64,000 bases of DNA from Thalia democratica (Eukaryota): contig OZ241829.1 in assembly GCA_965202585.1 (NCBI GenBank), forward strand, positions 60,574,001 through 60,638,000, given 5' to 3'. The translations under genes and the position numbers were made by a program. Within the stretch, counting starts at the first letter, position 1; each line of letters starts with the position of its first letter. Positions 13,861-25,204 of the stretch are shown piece by piece. The notes beneath the pieces were generated by a model that did not search any database, was not told the origin of the DNA, and saw nothing but the letters and a program-made list of their open reading frames with translations.

Positions 13861-13922
13861 ATAGATTAGACAGCTGTTTCGTACATGAAATATAAAACTT
13901 GATGTACTCCTCAGTAAGCTAG
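13861..13922 (-). ncRNA. Minimal type I hammerhead ribozyme, apparently intact
   Basis: - strand reads UAGCUUA, CUGAGGA, stem II GUACAU/AUGUAC, GAAA, palindromic stem III ACAGCUGU, GUC cleavage triplet (C at 13869), then UAAUCUA, which pairs 6 of 7 with the 5' strand of stem I. Confidence 0.85.
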
Positions 13923-14400
13923 CGAATTACATATGGAACTTAAAAGATAACAATACAGACTAAAAAATTAAATGGGAAATATTAAACAGGACAAAATTAA
14001 AATTTAATACTAAATTCGGCTGCAAACTTTGTAACTTAGAAAAAATAGAAATCGAAAAATTAGATAAGAACGTAACACTAAACAAGAAAAGCGAAAGACA
14101 AAACATATGCATCCATTATCAAAAATACTTTTTTAACAAAATTAAAACCAACTAAATATTAAAAAATCGACAAACACGAGTATTTTATAACATTTTTCCC
14201 AACAGTCTAAAAAAAAATTTCTAATAGCTCAGAACATTTTTCCAAAATAACCTTTATAAACTTTCCTAAAAAGCATAAAATAACATCACAGCGTATTATT
14301 TCAAATTCAGCTAATCGTACAATAAACACCATTACTACGTCACAATTATTATAAAAATTTTAAAATCGAAATTTCTGTTCACTATTATAATAAACTGTAA

Positions 14401-14454
14401 CTTACTGACGATCACATGAAATTTTACATTTCAATGTGTGAAACAGCTGTTTAA
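14401..14454 (+). ncRNA. Hammerhead ribozyme motif (second arm, slightly degenerate)
   Basis: CTTA, CTGACGA, stem II (T)CACAT/ATGTG(T), GAAA, CAGCTG, TT, TAA. The first pair of stem II is a T-T mismatch and the triplet is GUU. Confidence 0.65.
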
Positions 14455-15007
14455 ATTATAGTTTTTATATAATTAGATAAATATATATATTAACATATAA
14501 ATAATACGTATATAATATAAACGTATAATATACGTATTATTAATTAGTTCACTTTATTAGCTAAAAATAGAAGAAACCAGAACTATAAAACATATATAGT
14601 GAAAAACGTAGAATAAGCATTGTTAATTTTGTTGATTTCTACATATATATTATGTAATTATTAATACGTTAGTGTAGTAAAACATCTATAATAATTTAAA
14701 CACATTGATTAAAACGACTGTGTTCTGATTGTATAGATTGAAGCTGGTTAATTAAATTTTTTTTTTCAAAATAGTTCTTTTTTATCCTTGGTTTAAAAAA
14801 TATTTATAAATTCAACAGAAGCTTGTGTAAGAAAAGTCAATCCTATCATTACTTCATTTTGATAGCTTAAATTTGAAAATTACCTTATTTAATTAACTAA
14901 GAATTATGCTGATGAAGTATGGGAAAAAAATTACTAATTGAAACATATCTTTAAACTTAAGTTTTGGTACAAACTTCTAACCAATCCCTTTAACTATAAG
15001 ACATAAT

Positions 15008-15399
15008 TAGGGTTGCCACAAAGCCACCTGATATTCTGGAAAAGTCTAGAATTTGACAATTTAGGCAAAAAACCTGGAATTTTGATCAAAAATCCCTTAA
15101 AAACTTTAAATTTTAAACAATTTTTACATGTTAAGTAGTAAAGTTCTGATTTGACACGAAAAATCTATTATATAGATACAGTTTTCTAACTTAGGTATCA
15201 TATAAATAAAAAAAAATGTCATCATCAAAATTTGTTTTTATTAAAAAACACATTAATAGTAGTTTTAGAGTATCTTTTCAATGTTGTTATAATATTTAAT
15301 TTTATTTTACATTATACTTAATTTTAAACTAAAAACAGATCTAAAAAAGTGTCTTTTAAAAACCTGGAATAAATTTCTCAAAAACCATTGTCAACCCTG
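15008..15399. mobile_element. hAT-like MITE, family 1
   Basis: tagggttgccac ... tgtcaaccctg; TSD cataat/tataat (6 bp, one mismatch). Confidence 0.8.
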
Positions 15400-16059
15400 T
15401 ATAATATTTGTTTAAATAATGCTTAAATAGCAAACAAAAAAATTAATATTATGCTACGAAGTTTATGTTTAAACAGCTTTGTTAAACACTGATATATAAT
15501 TAATTTGGAATAAACAACCAATGTTTTCTCATACAAAAGGTTATATGACCCGCTTAATACATTAAATTGTCTTTAACATGTTTATAAATTTTAACTAGTT
15601 TAGTTTGAAAAAATTTTACTACTACTGATGGTAGTTTGCCTTTTTTATAAAAGAATCAGAAATATTGTGATAAGCTTAAAATTGGTTAAAGAACCCTTTA
15701 TTTCTTCTTATAAAACAGCTATTGAAATCTTCTAGTTCTATTGATTAAGCAGAATTAAAATGTTTATATAGACGAATGACCTCTTTAAAAGTTCTTTTGT
15801 TTTTAGATTTGAGGCAGTTTTTTTCAATGGTTTTTTATACAATTTTTGTTTTTAAATGTATTAAAATATAAAATTTCATTAGTTTTAAATAATAAGAACT
15901 GTGCCATATTGAAATCGAAATTTTTTTTAAACACTTAAAATATCTGTAGGCGTAAATTTTATTAGTTGTAGAAGTTTTTACTTAAAACTGTTTTTGAAGC
16001 ATATACAGTTATTTCAAGGTATAAAAATCAAAATGCTACTTTTAGTTATATACGTTTTA

Positions 16060-16296
16060 ATATCATATGTTTTGATTTTTAGAAATCAAATAAAGAGATT
16101 TCAACTACTAGAGGATAAATAATGAATTTATTCTTTCAGGACTTTATTTAACAAACTAAGTTTCGGCAAATAACCTCGTCAGTGCTTAAATAAGTCTTAT
16201 TCAAGAAGAATAATTCTATTTGAATAAGATTTATTTAAGCACTGACGAGGTCTTTGACCGAAACTTAGTTTGTAAAAAAAAAGTCTTGAAAGAATA
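16060..16296. mobile_element. Hammerhead-bearing fold-back element, family A (PLE terminal-repeat-derived)
   Basis: Arms of about 76 bp (16129-16204, 16220-16296). Cores: CTGACGA-GGTC-TTT-GACC-GAAA-CTTAG-TT on + (16242-16270) and CTGACGA-GGT-TATTT-GCC-GAAA-CTTAG-TT on -. A tail of ~100 bp is shared with the copies at 35.9 and 61.7 kb. Confidence 0.8.
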
Positions 16297-17964
16297 ACTT
16301 CAAGGTAGAGCAATTAGATCACGACAAGTCTAATTTAACCAGCTTGCCAAAAAATTTTTTAAAGAAGTACGATAACCTTTCAAATGAAATCCCTTTTATT
16401 GCAATGAGTATAGCGAGCATGAGAATAAAACATCAACATGTACTTTTGGTCTAATTACACTTTGGTTACAAAGATTATAACTAACCAACGAATTTTTTAT
16501 TTATGTACAATGAAAATTAATACTGTATATCAAATAAAACTTAAACTAGGATATTTAACTTTAATAACTTAGACTTTATATCAGTCTTTTACGTTGTTTA
16601 TAATAACTTTGCAATTAAGTTAAGCTTATATGGTTATTTTAGAAAACGTTTGAACTAATTGAGTAGGTACTTGAGTAATTCTATTAATTGTTTTTAAATC
16701 ATGTACTTGATAAAAAAAAATTAGTTGTCAAGTAAACCATTGTTATCTGTTTTAACAATTGTATACTCGAACAGATTTACTACTATAGACTACTAGCTTA
16801 TCAAGGTAGTAAACTTTGGACAAACCTACCTATTAAGTTAAATAACAAAAGCCATCTTGGAAGGTTCCAGGTTGAACTAAAGGAAAATTTATCAAATAGT
16901 CAACTAATTCAATAGAGTTTACATAAGATGAACAGAAAATTTTTATTTATTTAATCATTTACTAACATTAGATTAGTATTAATTTTTCATCTGAGTAGGT
17001 ATTTATATTTTTTTGAGTATATTAACTGGGCTCAATAGCATTGGTTCAGTCTAGATTGTAGAAAGTTGTAATGTATATATATATATATATACTTTTTTTT
17101 TCTGTTTGTAGTTTGTTAGTGTATTAGTAAACAATTTCATAGTCTACATTTTATCTGTGTAAATAAAATTATAAGTCTCTAAATATATTTTTGCCAGAAA
17201 ACAAAGAAAGATTAATATTTAAAACATGAGCTGAAATCATAATGAAATTTAAAACTAGTAATAGGTTGACATATTTTAGGGTTATTAGTGTTTTTTATCT
17301 TATTTATTTTATTATCAATGTATATGTTTTTTTTTAAGAAAAACTTATTTGTTATTTAAAGTGTATTTTTGCGGTTATTTCCATGATTCTTTAGGTATAA
17401 TTAAACTTCTATATTTAGACATTTATTCAAAATTGTAAAAACTAGTAGTTTTGATTAAAAGTATATATTTATTTTATACTTTTTATCTAGTTTAAGCAAT
17501 TTTTTTTTAATATTGCAGCTTTATTTTATGTATTTATTGTTTTTTTTTATGTTATAGCTTTAATTTATTTTTGCCTATTTTAAATAGGCTGTAATAAGTT
17601 GATAGTAGAGTCTAAATTCTTAAACATATTTTTTTTTAAATTCAAATGTATTTATTAAGTAACTTTTATTTTTTCTCTTTTAAATCATTTAAAAGGTTAA
17701 ATTATGCGCTAAAATTATTGATAAATTTTAAAATTAATAACACTTCAGATAGAAGCTATACCTTTAGACGTAGAGCTCAATATATATTTTATGTGTATAT
17801 AATGTTAGATACATGTGTGTATATAATTATTATTTTTTTGATTAATTTTTTTTTTAATATTTAATGTTATAAAGTTTAATAGTCTCATTTTAGATAGAGT
17901 TTTTCGTTTAAGAGTTTAAATTTTGACTGTAAAGATTTTTTATTTTTTTTAATTTGTAGCTCAT

Positions 17965-18080
17965 TATAATTTTGATTAAGTTGGGTTTGCAACTCGATGA
18001 CCGAGAGGTTTTTTGCATATCCAGGTCCTTGAACCAAAAAATGTTGAGCAATTTTTCGTTTTTGTTCAATAAACCACATA
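17965..18080 (+). repeat. Short interspersed repeat with a GA(C/T)(A/G)ACC-GAAA-GGT hairpin (LINE 3' end or SINE-like)
   Basis: Similar copies at ~11015-11060, 19065-19135 (opposite strand), 20965-21040 and 56718-56858; the last ends in an (AT)n tail. Confidence 0.6.
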
Positions 18081-19149
18081 ATATAAATAGTTTTAGCTGA
18101 TGTGTTTCGATTAAACTATTTTATTATAAAAATATTTGTTTTAACAAACTGGTTGAAACTTTTCTTATTGTCTGTTATGCTTTAATTTATCACAGCATAA
18201 AAATATACAAAAATATTTTTTACATACAGGAATCAGCAAACTACGGCACGTCAAACAGAAATGTTTGATTCTCGAATTGTTATTAGAGCAAATTTAGCTA
18301 CAAAAAAGTAGTTTTATTTGAAAAAGATTTTATAAAAAAAGCACTTAAATAGTTGTAAACATTCTATTATGCTATTTTGAAATTATTTGGGTATAGTTTG
18401 ATGGTAGAACAGTTTTATTTTATTTTTAAAATCAACTTTGAATAAATCTTAAACTGCGCCACCATCAATCCATGCGACGACTTGCTTTCAACAACAGCCT
18501 GTAATAGACTTTGTGTACTAATCTTAGCCCGTTACTTATTTATAACTCCCGAATCCTATTTTACAATAATAAAATCTTGTTTAAGTCTCAGATTTCTCTA
18601 ATAAACAAATAAATTTAAAATAATTCTAAGCCCTTCGTAATCTACTTCATTTCTAAATTAACTTAAAAATATGCTAAAAGCATATTGATACTAAAGACTT
18701 TGGATTTTTTCAGAAAAGTGATATCGTAACAAATGTTATTATTCTTTACATTATATTGTATAAATATATTAACCATAAACTACTTTAAGTCGATTATTTT
18801 TGTACTTTTGGCTTGTAAGATGTACACTTATAAACTGGTGTTTATTAACAAAACTTGCCATCATCATTTTTTTTTAATTTTTGGTTTAAGAATAAAAACT
18901 AATCAAAAGTTTAATAGATTTTATACGTGTTCGAAGAGTAATAGAATAATCTTAAATAATAAAAATATTAGTGTCTGTATGAAAATAAGGGTGTCAGAAT
19001 AAATTTAAATTATTAGTAACTTAAATATTATTAGTTTATTGAACGAAATAAAAATCGCTAAAAAAATTTGGTCCTAGGATTTGGTATACGAAAAAAACCT
19101 TTCGGTTATCGAGTCGCAAACCACTTGGATACCTTTTAACGTCTTATCC

Positions 19150-19522
19150 AGGACAAATACAATTAGCTGTCAAATTTGCACGAGGACAAAAAATTGCACA
19201 AAGACACTTTTCCACGAGCAGGTAATTTTACACATTTTTGCACGGATTGAATTCTTTTTATTTTACTTTTTTGTTAATTTTTTTTATTAGCTTTTATTTA
19301 TTTTATTTTACTCTCACTGTTACCCACAACCCTTACCCTCTGTCAGTAAATTTTTAATTGTTCTGTTCTTTTTTTTACTCTCGTGCAAAAATGACCCTCC
19401 GTGCAATTTTGTGCCCTCGTGCAAACTTGTCTTCATGCAAAAGTATCTTCGTGCAATTGTGTTTTTGTACAATTTAGTCCCCTCGTGCAGTTTTATCTTC
19501 GTGCATTTTTGACCTGTTCCCG
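19150..19522. mobile_element. MITE with subterminal (t)gcacgag/ctcgtgca repeats of ~20-bp period
   Basis: Repeats face inward from both ends; the right end ttttgacctgttcccg is complementary to the start cgggaacgtgtcaaa of the related copy at 43391. Confidence 0.65.
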
Positions 19523-20642
19523 TTATTTACATTTCAAATGATCGGCTATCATCCGACATAAATTCTTGGTAGACTAACATCCAAGTTTTGTTCTCCTCAA
19601 AACTCGTCAGCCGTAACTTGAGAAAGCGTTAGACGTCAGTCTACAAGTATTTATAATATTCTAACACAAAGCTATCGTTTTCTTTTATGATCAGTGACTT
19701 AATAATTGCCGTTAAACGCAGAATATACTGTCTACTCGAAAAACAGATGAAACGCTCATTTTTGTTAAGTAGAGAAGGGTCTTCTTAATTTAAACTTAAA
19801 AAATAAATAAAACTTTAAAGCTGATAGACCAAATAAAACCATTTAAAAGGTACATTTATTTATAGCCTCACCGAATAAAGAAATGAAAATTTTCCAAAAA
19901 AAAAAGAAATTAATTTTGTAGAAGAATTTATACTTTGCAAAGTCAAAAAAAAGCATTTTTTTTTCTAGAATCGGTTAAACATAGACAATTTTATGGAGAT
20001 AAAAGAAATGTTATTTAAATCTTATCTAAATAAGGTTTACAATTTTTGACAAAGTTAGGCTAAAGCATAAAAAATATATCTACAACGTGAAAAAAAATAG
20101 TTAATAAGCTGCACAAAACTTTCGTTGACAAATTAAGTTCTAACAGATAACTTAAGATTACCATGAAAATTTATTTAAAGGACTTCTTTAAGTACCAAAT
20201 ACATAAATACTATTAATTTAAACTTTTACTCCGAAATATTTTCCTTTTCAATACAAAAAAAAATGCATTTAGCAGATTTTTAAGTTTTAGTATTGCATTG
20301 TACGTCTTGTTAAATATCTAAAATAATCTTTCTGTAACATTGAAATTTGAATAAAAACTTTTTAGTTAAACATATAAAATCTAGAATTTTTTTAAATTCT
20401 CAACCATTTTTTTTAAATAACTTAGTTTAATTTCTACCAATTTAAACATTTAAATTGAAATTAACTCAAAGTTACCAAAAAGTTTTTATTAATTAAATTT
20501 ATTTTAAAATATACTTTAATAGACTTATATAAGAGGACCAAAACTTTTATGTTAACAGCGAATGCGATTAGAATCAATAGACTCAGACCTACTAGCTTTT
20601 CAAAGATTTAAGGTTGTGTTTTATTTCACCTACTACACTTGT

Positions 20643-20890
20643 TTATGACCTTGAAGTAAAATATTTAAGTTTAGTACTGTGGTCTTCACTGTAATTTGAA
20701 TCTGCGCATACTAAGCTGAAAAAAAACTTGAACAACCCGGTCTTAAAACTGCTTTTTTTTACCCCGAACCCAGAAATATATATGCATATTTCGAATTTTT
20801 TGTTTAATGTACTTGGATCTTTTTTTTGATCTTTACTACAAAACCCGCAATATATAGTGTAAGTATCAGAATAAATTTCGTGCACTCAAT
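20643..20890 (-). pseudogene. Possible decayed P-element/THAP9-like transposase C-terminal fragment
   Basis: Two reading-frame pieces, LYIAGFVVKIKKKIQ and IYISGFGVKK, resemble the YIAG(Y/F)VVKK motif of P-type transposases. The match is short. Confidence 0.3.
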
Positions 20891-23096
20891 AGGGAGTTTC
20901 ATGCACACCGTGGAGACCACTGCCTTAAACATTTGTCGTTTGACATGACGTTAAACTGTATCCAAGTCGTGTACGACTCGATAACCGAAGGGTTTTATAG
21001 TACACCATGCCCTACAATTAGTTTTTTTGAGCCCTTCTATTGAATTTTAACAACAAAATTAAGAAGTTTTTATTTGCAATTGCATTCAGATGTGTCATAA
21101 AACTTGTTTAAATTAACCAGCTCAATATTGCATTTTCGTTTTATATTATAGATTTCAAGATATCTTCCGCTTAACATAACTTATTTATTTAAATAAGAAT
21201 ACAGTAACTAAAAACTCACGAAAAGCAGTTAAGATGAAAAATTTTATAACTTAGTACCTTCATAAAATTCATAAAAATACCACAAATGCTATTCAGGTTG
21301 TGACAAAAATTACTAGGCTTGTCAGTAGGATATGTTTTGGATTTTAATCAGTATTAAAAATATTATTACTTAAATATTTTTTGGACGAAATGTTTTTAGT
21401 TTACTGAGTTTTAGAAATAAGTTCTAACAACTTTTTAACAGTAAAATTTACACGAAGATTAAGTAGGGATAAGAAAAGTTTAACTTTTTATTGAATCAAT
21501 TTAAATTAAAATAGTATTTCTAAAAGTTTTTTCCTAAAACAGTAAAAAGTTTTGCATCAAATACTAAAAGCACATTGGTTTCTCAAACTACTCATGTTTT
21601 TTAATACCTTTGGAACTTAGTTTTCATATATTACTTTAGAAAGACTCAAGAACTCATGTATATACAAGGACTGTCAGTAATGATTCCTAAAACATAATTT
21701 GTCAAGTTGTACTAATTAATATTATTGTACTGCAGAAAAAGAATTAGATTAAATATAAAATAAATAATCAAAATAATTTAACACTGACTTTAATCTTCAC
21801 TTTAAGTGTTCAATTAACTTATGAAGTATTTTTATTTAGAATGTTTTTATCCGGAGTTTGAGTACTTCAGTGTTAGATTTTTGTACTTCAATGTAACAAT
21901 TTTTTTTTATTTACTACAAACTTTACTGACAGCGTTTGTTTCAAAAGAACATATATACTTCTATATAAAAAATCTTATATATTTAAAACATTTTCAACTT
22001 GTGGGTTTTTAGTATAATTGAGGAAATGCATCATTTGCCGTCAATGAAATATTCATATCTTTTCCACAAAGCATTTTATAAGGAAAATTAAATTTTAGGA
22101 CAACTTATAATTAAAATTGGTACACATTTTAGAGTTAAACATACCAAAAAGTAGTTCAATTCATTATCATTTTATGGAAAAGAAATTTATTTATATACAT
22201 TTAACAAACCACTAGTGTGATACAAATAGCCATTGAATAAGTATATCTAAAATAAATTCATATGCAGTTTTAAATACTTATTTTTCTTCAAATTAATTCG
22301 AGCGTAACATACTAGCTCAACCTAAGTTTCCAGTAAATTTTATCAAATTCTAACGCATAATTTTAACTTTTCATTTTAAGTTAACTTATCAATATGAAAA
22401 CGGAGATTGGCTTGGTTGTAGCGTAAAATATTACATCCGAACTACAGCTAAAAAACATTTTTATGTACTAGTTTTAGAACTTAAATTCACTGCTTTATCT
22501 TTTACTTTTGTTTTTACAAGTTTAACTATCTGTTTAATGTGGATTGATACATTTTATTTTGAACTTTATATTTTTTAAAAACTGTAATTATTACTATTAT
22601 ATATTTTAGACCTTTTATCAATGTTCAAGTTCTTCTTTTTCAGTAACTTTTTTCTCGTTTTACTTATTTTATTAAGTTTCAACTTGGTGTCTACTTACAA
22701 AAACTAAGACTTAAGGTGTAAAGATTTATTATTTTACGTTGCACGAATTAAAACATAACAACAAAATTATCATTAACAGAGTAGAAAATAAATGAAAAAT
22801 ACGAGTCAGTCAATATTTCTTTACTGATCTAATAACAAAGTTTATTTTGAGGAGTAGGCAGAACAAAGTTTAATTTGTAGAATTGTCATAAAAAATTTAA
22901 CATAATTCATTATTGATTCAAAAACTGAAAACTGATTTTTATTGTTGATATTCATTATCAAACTAAAACATTAATAAGATTTGATTTAACTTTTAAATAG
23001 AAAAACTAATTAAAAAAAGTTTATCAAGCTGTATGAACACCGAAAACAAATATAACTTGAATTTACTAACATAAAATGTTCATTGTACCAAGAGTG

Positions 23097-25204
23097 TTAG
23101 ACTTGGCTAGTTTGAAACTGATGAAGCATGTTAGTTTCAGCTGTCGACTCTTCAACATTAGCAGAAGTCTCATAGAACTGGAAAGGTTGACCAGAAATGT
23201 GCGGTTGGGGCGTAGGTAACTGGTAACCTTGGTAACCGGCTACCTGGTAACTGGGTGGAGCATCATTAAGGGCAGCGTTTGACTCAGACACTGCGACTAG
23301 ACCATTCTCTGTATGTTCTTCACCGTCTACATTCAATTTATTTTTGTTAAGTAACCTAATAAATTTAAGCATATATTCTAATGATTTAAGATTAAGTTGA
23401 AGTTTTTTGATATATTTCATTAACTTTAAAATATTAACTGCTATACTAAAATATTTAAAATTTATCCAACAATAAAGTTTCAATAAAAGAGTTGTTCACA
23501 GGTTTACCTGTTAGTTCGAAGCTTAACTTATTTAAAATTTATTGCTTTTGAAAACTGTGTTACTATCAACCAAAATATATTAGAGTTATCGTATATTGTT
23601 AAGCTAGAAATTTTAAATATTACAGTTTCTAGTATTTTAACGACGCAGTTCAATTGAACAGAAAATGAAGGCTATTTAAAATAAATTTAAAATTTATCTT
23701 ATCAGAAAAAATACTTAAGTATATATTTATAACTAAGACAAGACTGTTATTTAATCACAAAGTTTTTTTAATAAACATGATTGAAGTAAGTTTTTCTTTT
23801 TGACCTATATCTGTCTTTAGCATATAAGTATAATGAACTATAGTTTTGTATTACCCGTTAGTGATTATTTATTTTTTAATAAACCAAAAAAGATTGTAGT
23901 ACTAATAAAATTGTGTTTTTCAACCAATACCACACAGATTTTAAGTTTTTAATTACGTAATAACTATTTAAGCTAATGAAAACCTTTAAAAGTAGTTGAA
24001 TTATAAATATTTCACATATTTAACAAGGTTTTTTACAGTTCTAAATAACAAAATAAAAGACACGAACAAATAACGAGAGATGGAAAAGAAACCTAGCTAA
24101 AAGAAAAAATTGTTTACTCCTTGAGTAATATTTCAAGTTTTTTTCCAGTACGAACTATCTTTTAATCTTAGCTACAATTTTCGTAACCAATAAACATGTT
24201 AACGGCTAACCATGAGCGTACTGAACCATTACAGCGCTAGCGGGATAATGCGGTTGCAGCTGCAACACTTGCGGCTGGTACTGACCGCTCATTGGCTGGA
24301 CATAAGAACCGTTGGACCCGTTGACATGACAATTATTCCAAGCTGACCCCGGCATGGGTTGCATTGATACAACGGATCCTTGTGGCTGAAAAAAAATACT
24401 TTTTAAAATTTTACCCAAATTGTAATTAGACTACCAATTCAAATAATTAACCTGATGGACCATCGAAGCAGCGCTGTTGCCATGGTAGCTGTTCGGAGCT
24501 ACAAAACCAGGACCAGGTCCTATCACTACAGAGTTCGCGTGAGGCACGTAGGCGGTAGGCTGCATTTGGCCACCATTGGTGAGTGCGTAAGTGTACATGG
24601 CTTGCTGACCGATAGCAGGAACGACTTGTAAGGATTGCTGTGGTACGATTTGCGACTGCATTTGGCTGGCCATCATTTGGTGATACTAGAAATATATGTT
24701 CAAAATTCAAGATTGCTAATATGTTTGCTAAGAAGACTTGAATATAAAAAAAATAACGTATAACTAATTTAACACAGAGAAACTTACTGCATTTTTAAAT
24801 AAGCAAGTACTTCGTAAATTGTTGTTATTGTGATATTAAATTCGTGTTTAACAAGTTTCAATTTTTTATTATCAGTGTTAACCTTATTGTTAATTTTCTT
24901 AATCAATAGTTTATTTGTTTACGTATAAAATTGTAAGATATTAACTTTTATTTTAATTATGTGAAATATGTTCAATCTTTAACCTCAACACCAAGATTAT
25001 AAAAATAGCTGGAATCACAGCTTGATGAGGGAATCTCCGGAGAACTTTCGTTGTGATTGTTAGCCGATCTTGCTTCATTGTTGCAAATGTTACTGTTACT
25101 CACACTCGTAGCTTGAATTTCGTCATGTTGATTCCATGCAGGGCAATTCGACGCTTCAAAGCTGTCACCACATTGATCTTCCAAGTTAGAATTAGTAGAA
25201 ACTC
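23097..25204 (-). CDS. OTUD4: OTUD4-like 3' exons (FYNLGV motif and P/Q-rich tail; stop at 23097)
   Basis: Four phase-consistent exons: 25204-24984, 24685-24452, 24385-24211 and 23326-23097. Confidence 0.85.

Larger units (their letters stand above)
13828..14490 (+). mobile_element. 5'-truncated Penelope-like element (GIY-YIG C-terminal remnant and 3' UTR) with an inverted terminal copy
   Basis: + frame reads SKLANYIWNLKDNNTD*KIKWEILNRTK...CKLCNLEKIEIEKLDKNVTLNKKSERQNICIHYQKYFF, the typical PLE endonuclease C-terminus. Arms 13828-13918 and 14401-14490 are inverted. Confidence 0.85.

Noticed and set aside
14900-14952. CTGATGA...GAAACATATCT hammerhead-like string
   Set aside because: Stem II is out of register and stem III is mismatched; at best a very old remnant.
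19560-19620. Minus-strand CTGACGA followed by a 6-bp hairpin
   Set aside because: No GAAA after stem II and no stem I pairing.
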